DNA from: Paraphysomonas bandaiensis
Taxonomy: Eukaryota > Protista > Chrysophyceae
Assembly: GCA_965644295.1 (NCBI GenBank)
Contig: CBFFRP010000079.1
Location: 1 to 64,000 of the forward strand
Direction of reading: 5' to 3'
DNA length: 64,000 nucleotides
Part shown: positions 42,813 to 56,665 of the stretch, piece after piece
Position numbering within the stretch: position 1 is the stretch's first letter
Layout: every line of letters starts with the position of its first letter
Translations under genes and position numbers: made by a program
Notes under the pieces: model-generated
What the model saw: only the letters and a program-made list of their open reading frames with translations
The model's database searches: none
Told to the model about the DNA's origin: nothing

Positions 42813-45483
42813 ACTTCGTACTGCTGTATATGTTAATGCATACTACAGAGTAGTGCAGTCATATACACCAGTATACAGTGTATTGTAGAGGCCATTTATA
42901 CACCACTCATTTTGAAATTCAACAGTTGAGTTGGTGTATATATACATATAGACACCACTATATCACTATTAATGCATATATATGCATCATAATTGCAAAT
43001 GAGATGTCATTATATATTACGAGAATAATGTGTATGCATAGAGTGTGATATGTGTGTTGGTAGTTGATACTTTCGCACTGTTACTTGCTCGTTATTTGGA
43101 TGAGTGCCCATCATGCACCTGTTGCGGGCTCTAGCTGCGCTTCCACTTACTGGATGATGAATGGACTGTGATAGAGCTTCCACTGAATTCTTCATTCAAG
43201 GTACGCACTTACATATACACAACACTACATACATACGTATCGCTGTCCCAGCTAATCACTAGGGTAACTAATGCCTAGTCGGTTCGTTCAATGGCAGCAA
43301 CATTGACTCATTTACCAGTATTGAGGGCTTCATCACCTTCTATTCCATGCGAGCTTTACATACACTGTGCAAAATGCATATGTGTTTGCTTTTCTGGATC
43401 CTGGTGTCTGATACATATAACATAACACAAAACACATGTCATCACATTCCATTTATAATCTCACGTATACTTTTCTCTCAGGAAGTGCATTGGATGCTAC
43501 GGTATACGTTTTTCGATTGAATCGACGAGGAGATAGTTACGTGATGTGCATACAACTTACATATCAGAACACTTTAGAATATTTCTTCAATGGCAGTATA
43601 TATACCTTTGCAAATATCCTGATTTATAAGTTAATGGTATAATTAGAGTGAGATTTACAACTTTAAGTCATTCGTATCAATGCAACGATTTCATGTAGGA
43701 CTGTGGTAGATATGACGTTGATAATTATTCTTGTTACTTTGACACTACATTACTAATTACTATAGTTATAGCACCACTGCCAAGCTACATAATACGTAGT
43801 TTCGTTGTAACACTGAAACGAGATTTAATAGTGTCATGAAAATTATAAAGTAGTTATTGCTAATATTAGTTGGGTACACTAGAGACTAGAGTGTAAGCGG
43901 AAGCGTCATCAATTCTGTCATTGCGCTATCAATACTTTCCTCGGTCAATTAGCAGTTATAATTACAACAACTTCTAGTAATTTTACTGTACTATCATGAA
44001 CATAAATTACCATTTTTATCTATACATACAAATGTACGAATAATAATAGTTATTGCTGTGATGTTCTCATATTTAGCCTCTTGAATAGGGAAGTATATTC
44101 CAATGCACAATGCAATATGTTGATATCGGAAGACATAACACGGTAGCACTGATTTGCAGGTACAATTTAATATCTAACTGCAACGTTACAATTCATGAAA
44201 AACACAGTTGCAATGCACGCTACCATGGCTTACCAAGTACTTGTCTTGAGTTGTAGTCGTTAATGAATTGGATTAATCGAAACTATACAGCAGTCGACTA
44301 TACAGCTGAACAGTTCAAAGCTTGCAAATCCATATTCAAAGTTCCAAATGATCAATATGCAAAACAATGGATCTATAAATTATATCATTGTGTGATTCTT
44401 ACATTCCCTAACTTGAGGAATGCAACTGTTGCTATGTGCATACGTGTGCCGTGTATCTCTTATGTATGATTCCCATATAACTCTACTCATAGTAGAATAG
44501 TAATGTTCGTGTAAGAACTACGAGTTTATAATATGGTGTGTTATAACTATATATATATATCTCTATATATGAATATGTATGTATATCTCTGTATGCACAT
44601 ATGTGTGCATAGATATATGTATGTATATATGGGGAGCTTATCAGATTCAAACACCTCTCACCTAACTATCCACTACAACTAAACAGATGGATATTTAAGT
44701 GTCTCTTATTGTCATCACTGAGATGTGTATATGAAGAGTTCATATGAATCTATATGCACATATATATATACACTGGCAGTTGATGTGCATATAAGATACA
44801 GCAGCATGCATACACAGATACTGTATATAGGTATTATCAAAATATCCCAAAAATTCCAAAATAACAGTCAAAAATCCAGGAAATATAGAAAACATGAGGT
44901 TTTGATCTCTATAAACTACATATATTGTGTGTACACATGTCCAGTACATTAGTACAGCTGTATATGGCATATAATAGCCATACAGTTCATATGGATATCT
45001 AGGAATGAATGGATATTGTATGAAAATATACGTAAAAAACATATGTCTGGATTTTCTATACATACATATATATATGTATGTGTTTTTTGTGTGATGTATA
45101 CTCCATCGTACTTGAAATTGAACTACACAATATAAGTGAACCAGGGGTTTTATATAGAAAATGGGGGTTTTATATTGAATTTTATCTTAACTGCCATTTC
45201 CTGATACTGATATTTCGTATGAAAATATAAAAATGCCTGATATTTGAGATGGGACATAGCATGATATTTGCATAAGGGAATATATAGTGTTGCAATCACC
45301 TCAATGCAACATCTAGACATTGCAATAGGACAGTAATTGCATAACCATCCACATATCAACATCCATAAACATATTCTATCATTACTAATATACGTATTCA
45401 TTATAATATTAGTAATATAATTGAATGATATAACCCATATATCATCCACCATCTGTGGTAACCGCCTCTAGTATAATACAACT

Positions 45484-45996
45484 ATGTCTACTAGTGAAGC
45501 GTCATTAACAACAGCTGAAAACTATACAGATTATGAGATTATTATCACTAATGTCCCTCATACTATCAATATTCGAACTATTATTGAGTTATTTGAAGAC
45601 TATGGCATTGTATTACATGCCTCTTTAGGATACTCTTTACATGATAATAAGATGCGTCTAACGGGAGATGCAAAACTGATTATTAAAACATCACAGAGTA
45701 AAGTGACAGATGCAATTAATGATCTCAATGAGACATATATTCCACATCTTAACACGACTCTTAATGTATGTTGTAATAGTTATTCTATTCTATGGATTCA
45801 TATCTCTGCAGGTTATTCTCCGACACTAATTCACAGCCTGAGTATCTATTCAGTCGCACGGATGAATTGTTTTTTATTGATTTTTATTACTTTGATTTTT
45901 TTAGAGTTGTATAAATGGGTTCTACCTGATTTATATCAACTTCTAGGTACTTTATACTATTTTCTGAATTGCGTAATTCTCTCCGGAGTACTATAA
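45484..45996 (+). CDS. Possible RRM-like protein, first exon or relic
   Basis: IIITNVPHTINIRTIIELFEDYGIV...AINDLN resembles an RRM; downstream structure unclear. Confidence 0.35.
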   Translation: MSTSEASLTTAENYTDYEIIITNVPHTINIRTIIELFEDYGIVLHASLGYSLHDNKMRLTGDAKLIIKTSQSKVTDAINDLNETYIPHLNTTLNVCCNSYSILWIHISAGYSPTLIHSLSIYSVARMNCFLLIFITLIFLELYKWVLPDLYQLLGTLYYFLNCVILSGVL

Positions 45997-47366
45997 AGAT
46001 AATAATGGTTGAAGAGTGACATAGACTAAGTTGTTGATGACAACTATTCGAATCTTTTCTAAGTCTGCATGCATTGTCATCCCCGTATAATATGCTGGCT
46101 GTCGTTGGAGTGTATAAACTTTAACTACTATGCTCAGACAATGATATGCTAATATACCTACAATGAAATTGAATACACTAGTAGCAACTAGTATATATGT
46201 GACCCCAGCATGTTGGTAAAATGTCTATTAGCTGGTTACATATAGTATTCACAATTTTGCACTATGATAGCAGTGGTAATATGCGCTTAGAAACCTGGAA
46301 TGCTTACAGAGTCAAAGGTTACCTTGAGAATCACACAGGAGAAATGTGCTTTACAGCTTTGTGGACAGGCAGCTATCCGAAACTGGCACAACTAGGATGA
46401 TTTAAAATAGTAAATGACGACTCACAATGCTCCATTAGTTACAATTGTGATAACCATTTCTCATCATTTATTGTCAATCTCCATATTGAAGTTGTAACTA
46501 GTTTACCAGTGATATGAGTCAATCATACATTAAACTTCTGCTAACTGAAATTCAGGTCTAGTCTCGACCTCGTATATATTACTTTGTTGCCCTCGCCTTT
46601 CAAAGTATAAGTTAAGCTTATACAAAACTCAGTTCATTGTGAAGACCATTGCTAATCGTGTATTGGCATAAAATATGTTTCTAACAACCAATAATTTACA
46701 ACAGACCTATAGGACAATATTATTCAACATATAGTCAATTCGTTGAGTTACCTATTCACACTAACTTTGGTGTAAATACCTACTCAAAGTAATAGCTCAT
46801 TCAACCTAGTCAACTCTGTTGTTAAACCCAGTCGTTCTTTTATCCATTGCATACTTTCTCACACCACACAACATATTAATAATATGCAGAGCACCAAAAC
46901 AAACATTCAAATTAATTTTTATATACATACTTATTGCAATGTAATCCAGCCTATTAGTATAACATCCCGATGGGTCCCTTGTCAGTGTAATGAATAGGAG
47001 AAGTGATCAATGAAGATGAAGACATGCCTCCACGAATCTGCAAGTGACAATAGCGCTTATATTCGTTAACGTTTTGGCGCAAACGACTTTTTATAGACAG
47101 GTTTCTGAGGTGTACCTGACAGTGGACTTTGATGGCGATGCTTCTATATTGAACACCTGGTATTTCTCATACGATCCCTAGAGAATAACACCTCTGAATC
47201 AAAATCAGATTTAGGAGGAGAGTGTCATGCTGAGGTTGGGCATTTGACATATTGTAGATTCAGGTTTTGAGAGCGACAAGCAAATCAGGTTTATATATTG
47301 TACTGATGAATATTTTAATAAAGTACTGAAAACAGTTTTACAGGTTCCTCAGTATGTTGTTCGTAT

Positions 47367-47855
47367 ATGCTAATAGCTATGTATGTGGACGATATTATTA
47401 GAGCATCTGTATCTGACACCGATATTCAACAATTCAAAGATCACTTATCCACAATGTTAGAAATTACGGATCTCGGACTCTTAGATTTTTACTTAGGCAT
47501 TTCCATTCACCAAGACTTCGATAAGAATAATATCACAACTCTAAGTCAGGAATAATATGTCACCAAAATACTGGACAAATTCAACATGTCTATCTGTAAA
47601 CCAATGTCTACACCAATGTTGCCCTCTTTCAATTATGATTTGCATGAATTCAATCATTTCCCAGACTCGAATCAACGATATGTTCAAAACTTCCCATACA
47701 AGGAGCTCATTGGATCCCTGATGTATCTAGCTGTATGAACTTGACCGGACATGGCCTACGGAGTCAATACTCTTGCCATATTTTTTTGACATGCCTAATC
47801 TAACTACCTGTAATGCTGCGTTACATATTCTTAGGCACCTCAAAGGCACTGCTAA
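47367..47855 (+). pseudogene. Ty1/Copia reverse transcriptase relic
   Basis: MYVDDI, DLGLLDFYLGI, LSQE*YV, CKPMSTPM, PYKELIGSLMYLA, PDMAY, ILRHLKGT, with in-frame stops. Confidence 0.9.
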
Positions 47856-48047
47856 GCAAGAAGATTGATATATTGTGGATCCCACATAATATCTATAAGT
47901 AGTGAGTTATTATTTTACTATAATTTGTATCTGAGAGGTTAAAGATAAAGAAAAAGTCGCAATTATAGTTGTTGTTAGAAGTATTTATTGCGTTACAAGT
48001 TGCCTCTGCTACATTTCACCAGGTGTTGGTATTACCTCGACTTCGGT

Positions 48048-48185
48048 CTCCAGCCTCTTCAGGTCATGGTCAGAGAGGTAAACAGAAGTGAGCTCGGATG
48101 CGGCTAGCTGCTAGCTGACTAGATGCAGCATAACCGCCTCTCGACCCCTCCGTGACGGCAGCATCACCCGAACCGTTCAGTGCTG
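48048..48185 (-). pseudogene. Duplicated ~135-bp fragment of the NAT10 coding sequence
   Basis: Near copy of 49336-49466 with a small internal duplication (ctagctg). Confidence 0.9.
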
Positions 48186-48678
48186 ATTCATCGATGTAAT
48201 GGTCCTTAGACCAGGAGACTGGAAGAACACGTACCTGCATCACCTCTATCAGTCTATCAGTGCGTGGATTACCCCGGAAAGAGGTATATCTATACGGGAT
48301 ATTTATGAATATGGGATTGACATGTGAACTTATGCTAAACAGATATTAATGAGAGCAGTTGTTCACTAAATGTTACGTGAAGTGTTGAAATGTTGGAAAT
48401 ACATTGTGTGCAACAAAACAATGCTTTGACCATGTGTTGCATGCAGTAAGCTGGGTGTAAGCATGAATGGGTCATTCATGGTAGCACTGTTCCCGGCTTA
48501 GACGGGATTACAACCCCTGACGAATTCAATGGCAACATTAAGATGAAACATGACTAGCAAATGTACGACAAGTGAGTAAGGAAAATATATATTATAACTA
48601 TTAGCGGTCACTTAGGATGTTAGAGGTACATCTCCACAGTATTCTCCCTTTCCAACTATCACTACTGATATCACCAGT

Positions 48679-51600
48679 CTAAGCGCGCTCTTTCTTGCTC
48701 TTCTTTTTCTTCTTTGCGCTTTTGTCACTAGTCTTCCGTTTCCCTAACTCTGAGTCCTGGTCTTTACTAACCTCCTGAGAGGTTGAAACCGACTGCTTCT
48801 TAGGTATGGAAAGACTCTTTGGTATGGCATTACCCTGCTTCTTCATCCCTCTATGTAGAGCCCCAGTGAGCTCTTCCTCATCTGCATCTATCTCATGTCT
48901 GGCAATGTCTTTGTGCTGCATCAGGAGTTTCTTTGCCTGTTGAGCGAATTCCCGTTCATCTGTCTCCTGATCCTCTTTCAGACTCACACCCCTTTCCCCG
49001 GACACTATCATCTCTTCTCCGCGCTTTGCCATTTGAGAAACTTTGGACTTTGACGCCATCTCTGCAGACACCTCCGATTCTAGCATTTCCCTGAGAACCG
49101 ACGATAGCTTGCGAATTGTTTTGTTGAAGAATGCTAATACTTGGTTGGCTGGCAAGTTCAACTCATTCGATATTTCATCAACATCTCGATGCTGTAGCCC
49201 TACTGCAAGAAGAATGGCGACCTGCAAGTGGCTGAGACGACAAGAGGTAGGAAATCGTCCTAGGAAGAATAGTCGTGATATGATAGGAACCATGTCCATT
49301 ATCATGTGATGGTCGACCATATTCCGAGAGTACAACTCCAGTCTCTTCAGGTCATGGTCAGAGAGGTGAACAGAAGTGAGCTCGGATGCGGTTAGCTGAC
49401 TAGATGCAGCATAACCGCCTCTCGACCCCCCAGCGATGGAAGCATCACCCGAACCGTTCAGTGCTGTCAGCACTTGATCAGGGTCCACCAAAGAGATGGC
49501 CGTCGCAGTACGGAGAGATCGGAACGAATAAGAAAGAAGTGACACTATTCTCCGTCTGTAGTCCTGGACATACCCCAATAGCCAGCCGGGGGAGGGCCCT
49601 CCACCAGCTGTCAGCTCGCGCAGCATCACTGCTGAGTGCTCTCCTGTAAGTTCGTTGACACTCTGACGCAGGTAGCATATTTTGAATTCCTTCTTGGACC
49701 AGAAATTGAGAAGCTGACCAGTGAGTCCGTAGGAGACGCCCAACCAGTCCAGACGCTCGGCCCTTCTGTCTGCTAAGGGAACAAGCAGAGGAGGTAACTT
49801 TGTCTTTTGTGTTACTCTTTCACTGCGAAGATCTGTGCTATCGTCGCCGTCACTGTCATTATCCTGCTCACCCTCGCGGGAGAAGGTCCCATATTCCATC
49901 AGTCCCCCACCAAGTCGTCCTTGAAAGAATTCAATAAGTAGTTCCAGAGCCCGCGATCCATATCCCATGCCCTGTACATCTACCAAACAAATTATGACGA
50001 CAAAATCCAATTGGCTCATATCTTAATACCTGGGTGGGTAGCAACTCGAACAACACGAGCACCAGATAGAGTAGCAAATTCGGTATCATTAAATTGCTGC
50101 GACACAGTCCAGGGAATCATATCCCCAGATGCCTTATTTCCCCTGGACATTTGCGCCTGCACACTCTGCTGGGAGATACGTCCTTCAAAAGCGATCTGAA
50201 CGACGCACAGAACGTCCGGTAAGGCTGGACCTCCAGAAGCAGCTGTTTGAGTCTTCCTCGGTCCTAGTAACACAAAAAGACGATGGGCAGGGGCATCTGA
50301 CAACATCTGAAGGTCATTCGGAGTGTTCTTATAATGCGCAGATGTATAAAGAGACCAGATTCTTTGCAGAAGCCCTTCCGCCATAGAATGATAAGAAAAG
50401 AGTGCATCTCGATCAACGAGATATAGTTCGCAGTCTTTAGGGGCTGGCATTACACTCACCAGTCGGTTAGACCCAGTAGCAGAGTCCAAACAGAGTAAGC
50501 CATTTAACCACTTCTCAACAGCATCCCCCTTGCCGTATCGAATGGGGGTCTCTAGTGTAATTTCGGACAGTGTACGGGCGGCCCCTCCAACAGCCGAATA
50601 ATTCGCCGCAGCCTCTGCTGCCACTCTCCACCTGTCTTCGTGCACTTTACGTTGGCCTTTCTTTACTTTCGACCCTGCAACTGAATTCCCAGCGCTAGAG
50701 GCACTTGCTGCAATGGCTTGACTCTGCTGCTGCCTCAGCTGCTGAATAAGCTTGAGTGATAAGGAGCGCCCAGTGCCCTCGTACCCATTAACAGTAGAAG
50801 ACATGAACACCAGATACGGACCGAGGAGTTTCTGTACAACTGGAAGGGGGATAGCAGCAGCCTCATCGATCGCAACAAGCTCAGCTTGAGCAAGAGCTGC
50901 ATGTTCTGTTGGAAGAATGTATTGCACTGTCTGTCGGTGATCCCGGAACACATTCACGCGGGTAACAACGCTCCCTGCTTCTCCCCGTGACTCCTGAAGT
51001 ACCTCGAAATCCATGTGGTCTTTAAACTTAAGCGCTTTCAGACCGGAGATAAGGAACTCAAAAACAGTTTTGAGGTTCTCTGGTGAGGGTGCAGTGACGA
51101 AAACGTTCGAGTATCCATAAGCGATGGCCCCTGTGGAAAGAGATTAGGCGATAGATACAGTAGCTGACCGCAAAGTCGAACCTGCAAGGCATATCCCGAT
51201 AGCAGCACTTTTACCCCGACCACGAGCAGCAGTGAGGGAAACGGTAGCTCTGAGGGTCTTTTCTGTGATGGCATCCAGAAATGACATCACAGCATGAGCC
51301 TGGCTGATCTGTTAGACAGGATAGTAAAAAGCTCAATGGTATATACCTGGTCAATAGTCTTGGCGAGTGAGACCAAAGCAGCGATATGAGAATCACCTCC
51401 ATCCAACAAAGACGCTTTTAACTCCTCTAGCTCTTCACACACTGGAGGGCCGGAAAGATCCGTGCCATTCTCTCCGCCAGCAGCAGGAATATGGTTTACT
51501 TTAGATGCAAGAGGAAGAATATTGAGTTCATCATCTAATACAAGACAAGCCTGACACTCCGCCAAAGACAATATAAATCGTTCATTAAACCGTGGAATAA

Positions 51601-52135
51601 TCTCATGATGTGCTTCAGTCCGAAATCTAGAATGTACATCCATACTCATCGTATATAGTTGTTTTAAACTCTTCACTGTTTTCAATAATAATATAACTAA
51701 TCCACCACCTTCAACAGTTTCCACAGTTCTTGCCAATAAATTTGGTGTCAATCCTTCAAAATCTTGTAATACACACATACCAAATGTTTGACCTAATACT
51801 TTATCAGTATCTTTATAATATGTCCATCTGATAGTTGTAGATGATATAAATAAATCAAATGGATCATCTCTATCTGGATCATGTAAACCTCTGGATTGAT
51901 TTCTTTTAATTTCTTTCATACGTTTTTTACGATGTGTACTAAATCCTAATTCTTTTTTATAACACCATAATACAGATGGACGTGCTTTAACGCGACATCT
52001 TGATAAAACTTTATGAAGATTCTCTACTTGATCTTTCCCATGATCACCAACTAAAACAAATAAACTTCTATGATTCTTTTTTACCCCCCATTCAATTAAT
52101 CCTTGAACACGTTCATCAACTTTCTTCTTTACCAT
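48679..52135 (-). CDS. NAT10: RNA cytidine acetyltransferase NAT10/Kre33, 4 exons
   Basis: VLWCYKKELGFS, LTPNLLARTVETVEGGG, ARGRGKSA, DEAAAIP, GYEGTGRSLSLKL, HYKNTPNDLQ, RVATHP, GYGSRA; introns 51300-51346, 51131-51181, 49980-50029. Confidence 0.97.
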
Positions 52136-52833
52136 AATAGTATGATGTATATATAATCAGATTTACTTAGAATGGTATGATGTTGTTTATATATGAATTG
52201 TCTCGTATATTTTCTAATCGAATTGTTTAGTATAATAAGACACTATATAATTCACTTCACTTCAATTCTATTGGTTGAAAATTAATACTTCGAAGTTTAA
52301 GAATATTATTAGAATATAATGAAGTGAATTGAAGTATTGTATGAATGTATGGAAGAATAGAGATTGAGATGATATAGTAGTAATTCAATGACTCTTCTAT
52401 AGACCACAGAATCATATACTGTGGATTGTGGTATAGTGGGGATGCCTCACAACCAGTGGGTGTATTCATAGATAATATTATTGGCTGTGATAGTCCTCTA
52501 AAGTAGTATAGAGTGGTATACGGTGTGTATTCCCGTGACTACATATACATCATTGTTTAGGTACGTACTGCTGTATATAGTATAGTAGGTAGGTACAGTA
52601 GTGTAGTACAATAGTTGTGGTGTATGATGCATGCAACAGTACAGCAGTGTATACATATATATCCATGTACCAACACATACATACACACATACATACATAC
52701 ATACATACATATATAACTATATATACACATATCACAACTCATCATATTAATAGTCTCATTCGACTCCATCATTCATAACCATATAAAACATACTATAACA
52801 AATTATTTACAACCTTCTATATATCAATTCAAC

Positions 52834-53175
52834 ATGCTTAGAGGTGCATATACTCTTTATTTAAGAAACCGTTCAGCTATAAGCCTCAAATCAGCCACAA
52901 GAGCCTTAACAACCTCACAATTTCAATTTAATGGATATTCTATGACAGGAAATTCATCAAATATATCAAATTTTTCATCAAATAGTTTGATGTTTCAAAT
53001 GGCGAATGCATTTTTTTTGCGTCTTCATAATCAACTCTCATATGTGTTTGATGATATGCTTGATAATATCTGGCATAGTAGCACAATGAAGAAAAGGAAC
53101 TCCAAAATGAATAAGCATAAGCTACGCAAACGCAAGAAGTTGTTGAGAAAGAATACTAAACTTTCCAGGAGTTAG
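52834..53175 (+). CDS. Mitochondrial ribosomal protein mS38 (Cox24/AURKAIP1-like, DUF1713)
   Basis: Presequence-like N-terminus; C-terminal SSTMKKRNSKMNKHKLRKRKK. Confidence 0.8.
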   Translation: MLRGAYTLYLRNRSAISLKSATRALTTSQFQFNGYSMTGNSSNISNFSSNSLMFQMANAFFLRLHNQLSYVFDDMLDNIWHSSTMKKRNSKMNKHKLRKRKKLLRKNTKLSRS

Positions 53176-53952
53176 ATTTCATATGCGGAGAATAGTAGCG
53201 GTTTAACCGTGTGTAATAATAAGTTAACACTTTGATCATGACAGTACACAAGTGCGCGTATTGCTTGTTTCTGTATACATATTTTGGAATTGGTGGTTGG
53301 CACATTGTGGCAGAGTTTTTGTTTCTGATATTCTTACAAATCGGGCTTGCGGCCAATTCATAGATGACGAGAGATTTATTTGACAACATTAACTTTAGTC
53401 AATATTACATTTACTACAACTCTATGGTAAAGACATACTGGGTACATATATGCATGTCGCGCGCGAATTGGAGTATGCGGAAGTCGTATCATGTGCCAAG
53501 AATATCTAGATTAATCTTCTATCTTTACCACGTTTACATATACGATATACGTTATGCAAACACTACCCGCGATTAAACAACCAACACATCGAAAAAAGGC
53601 TAAAATTTGAACTACCAATACGCACTTGTGATCTTATGATGGAGTTTCCTTATGAGCTAACCTTACATGATGCCGTAGTTCGAACTCAGAACATATAGCT
53701 TGTGCAACACACAACACACTACTACAGTTTGCCTGACAAATTCTTCCCTTTATTGTATTCTACATGTACTACCTTTAGAGTAAATGTAGCTACTACCCTC
53801 TACCCTCCTTGATAGCTACATTTATAATCTAGTATTAAAATGACAACAAATCGACCTAGCACTCGAGTTTTTTCATGAAATCATATAAAACAGAGGAGTA
53901 AGAGTAATACCATAACATTTTAGTATGATTAGAACTGACGTTGTTCAATGAA

Positions 53953-55338
53953 CTAAAACTCAAATTCATTATCGTCAAACATATCAGCACTTTCCTGATG
54001 TGAAAAGAACTCAGAAGCTGATTCCGGGGCGTCCGGCACTCCTCCACTAGTTGTTGACTCTTTAACCATCCACCAAGTGAACACCCATGTTAGAAGTTTG
54101 TTCAAAACTATCCAAAATATATATGCAACAACAGCTAGTAGAACGGTTCCAAGAACACCAAATATATACTTGGCACATCCTGTGCGCTGGTCTACTTGGT
54201 TATAAACACGAACCAAAGGAGCAGACAATTGTTGGAATCGAATCGCAGATCGGATTGTGTTTTTCATTGTTTCCTTGTCCATTCCCCGAAGCATGTCGAT
54301 TTGGGATTGAATTTGGCTATCTGAAAACTTCCCTAGCATGGACTGTGACTTCAACATATTGAGGGCCAACTCCGGGTTACTTGTGATAGTATTAACCATT
54401 TGCTCGAGCTGCTCTTCCGATAATACTGGCGCTTCGGGCATTGTAGAAGGCTGAGCAGAATTATTACCTGCATTGGAGGTCGATCTTGGTGCGCTGGCAG
54501 CGCTTGTTTGAGCCGGATATGATCCGCGCATTTTCTGAATATTCGCTAAATCTTCAGGAGACAAAGACTTCATGTACTCTGACATGGACTTCAGCATCTC
54601 AGGATTAGACGCAGCGAGCTCCATTTGATCTGCCGCTTGCTTAATTTGTTCATCAGTCATGGATGCCATGGATGGGTCAGAGGCACGCACAAGATGGGGG
54701 TGTTTGCGCATACATTCTGCTCTGTACTTCAGCTGCTCCGGAGTCATATCTGCAATACTATTCACTTCATCTTGAATAGAACTTGATGACGACACTCCAT
54801 TTGTACCACTTTTCGTGTGCATACGTCTAAGCTCTTCCATTTGCTGTGGAGTCATTTTGCTCATTTGTTCCTCCATCATTTTCATCATAGAGGGATTTGC
54901 AGCCATTTGTTCCATACGATCAGCAGCTTGGAGTATTTGTGCATCTGACATACCCGCTAATGCAGGTTGAGATGATCTAAATGCTCCTGGATTACGTCTA
55001 ATACATGAAGCCTGATATCTTAACTGTTCAGGGGACATATTTGATAATTGATCCATTTCCATTTTAATATCATCAGATGTTATTCCAGTAGAAGAAGAAG
55101 AAGAAGAAGGAGCAGCAGTAGATTGAGAAGATGATTGAATATCTGTATTTAATAACATATCAATCTCATCTTCATTAATATAATTCATACATAATTCTAT
55201 TAAACTTTCTTTATCTATTACACTTAATTTCTTTTGTTTTAATTCCATTTTATCATGATTTGTTAATAAAAAACATTTGGCATCAATTAAATGATTTAAT
55301 TTTTTTATTGTTAATGATTGAAAACAATTTGTTGACAT
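53953..55338 (-). CDS. STI1/DP-like repeat protein with C-terminal transmembrane helix
   Basis: Met-rich repeats MSPEQLRYQA / MTPEQLKYRA, NPSMM / NPEML; hydrophobic IFGVLGTVLLAVVAYIFWIV. Confidence 0.7.
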   Translation of the reverse strand: MSTNCFQSLTIKKLNHLIDAKCFLLTNHDKMELKQKKLSVIDKESLIELCMNYINEDEIDMLLNTDIQSSSQSTAAPSSSSSSTGITSDDIKMEMDQLSNMSPEQLRYQASCIRRNPGAFRSSQPALAGMSDAQILQAADRMEQMAANPSMMKMMEEQMSKMTPQQMEELRRMHTKSGTNGVSSSSSIQDEVNSIADMTPEQLKYRAECMRKHPHLVRASDPSMASMTDEQIKQAADQMELAASNPEMLKSMSEYMKSLSPEDLANIQKMRGSYPAQTSAASAPRSTSNAGNNSAQPSTMPEAPVLSEEQLEQMVNTITSNPELALNMLKSQSMLGKFSDSQIQSQIDMLRGMDKETMKNTIRSAIRFQQLSAPLVRVYNQVDQRTGCAKYIFGVLGTVLLAVVAYIFWIVLNKLLTWVFTWWMVKESTTSGGVPDAPESASEFFSHQESADMFDDNEFEF

Positions 55339-55429
55339 GATTCTAATATAAATTAGATAATATTTAGGTATATATATATATATATGAGGTCTATTAACAT
55401 GTAGAGGAACTCAGGTACATACATGTATC

Positions 55430-55560
55430 GGCAGTCTGCATCTTATTTTTCGGGAATAAATTGAGGCAAAATTGATGTATGTTACTGATATACAACTACG
55501 TCTAGAATACAGATATTTGTTGCCTCAATACTAGAGGCATCTTTGAACAAAAATATACTA
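55430..55560 (-). repeat. Dispersed repeat family B, inverted copy
   Basis: atttttcgggaataaattga...gcatctttgaacaaaaatatac. Confidence 0.88.
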
Positions 55561-55996
55561 AGCATGCTGATACGGGACTGCCTGCTGTAGTCAAGATATA
55601 TGGACACAGTTGCCTCTTTGAATATTCTCTGTAGGAGTTTAAATATAGGGGATATCTATATCCAATTTGTCGATTTTAAGACTACTTTCAACAAAAGGTC
55701 TATTTTTAGGAGTATACTCACCAAATATGTACAGTACTGTACATATAAGGTATAAAAATCATCCTTTTTTAGTTATGTGTTGACATAAAAAACTCCGTTT
55801 ATGTTGTACGTATGTCCCAACCGGCATTTTTGGCCTGAACCAACCCGGTCTGGCTCGGCTTCGGCCTACTATATGGATATCGTATGGTATACTGTGTATG
55901 TAGAGAACAGCATATATATATTCAGCTTATGTATATATATATGGAATAATCAAGTAGTTAAACATACCATACATAACAGTGTAAACAACATATACA

Positions 55997-56665
55997 ATGA
56001 ACATCATATACATTCTATTAAGTACAATATCACTCTCTATAGCCTCAAATAACCCTCAACCAACTTTATGGCCTATAGAATTTATTATAACCTTTCAAAG
56101 TAATATCACTGTAACTATCGATCAGCCTGTAGTTCCTGTTAACGGTATTTCATACTATGATTGGACATTAAAGGCTCAGAGGATTGAACATGATCCAGGA
56201 GCATATGAATGTACTAATTTCTATGCTACTAATCAATCATGTACGGAATATTTTTTACCAGATGGATTATATCGTGTATTACAAGCACCAACAGAGGGAC
56301 AAGAAGAGTGTTGTCTTGATATGCCTGGTATAGGAGCCTTACCTCCTGATTGGGCTTCTTCCACGAACCCCACTTATAATGGTGTCACAACTGAACTGTA
56401 CTCAGGATTAGATGCAAAGAAGTGGACATTTGACAATTTTCCCAATACTACGAATCCACATATGTACTTTGAAGTGGACAGTGGTCCTTATATGGGATTT
56501 CCATTGCTATTTACTTTTCCTGCAGTTGATGGGCGGCAGGATTTTTATTATGACCCGGCGTCAATGAAAGTGGGACCTGTTGATGACAGTCTTTTTGAGC
56601 TGCCAGAGGGGTGCGAAGGGAAGCTTTGTTCCACGTCATTGAGACGAGGAAATACTGTGCCTTAA
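55997..56665 (+). CDS. Secreted Cys-containing ependymin-like protein
   Basis: Signal peptide, WP..F, YYDW...QRIEH, CC...G.LPPDW, LFELP..C. Confidence 0.6.
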   Translation: MNIIYILLSTISLSIASNNPQPTLWPIEFIITFQSNITVTIDQPVVPVNGISYYDWTLKAQRIEHDPGAYECTNFYATNQSCTEYFLPDGLYRVLQAPTEGQEECCLDMPGIGALPPDWASSTNPTYNGVTTELYSGLDAKKWTFDNFPNTTNPHMYFEVDSGPYMGFPLLFTFPAVDGRQDFYYDPASMKVGPVDDSLFELPEGCEGKLCSTSLRRGNTVP

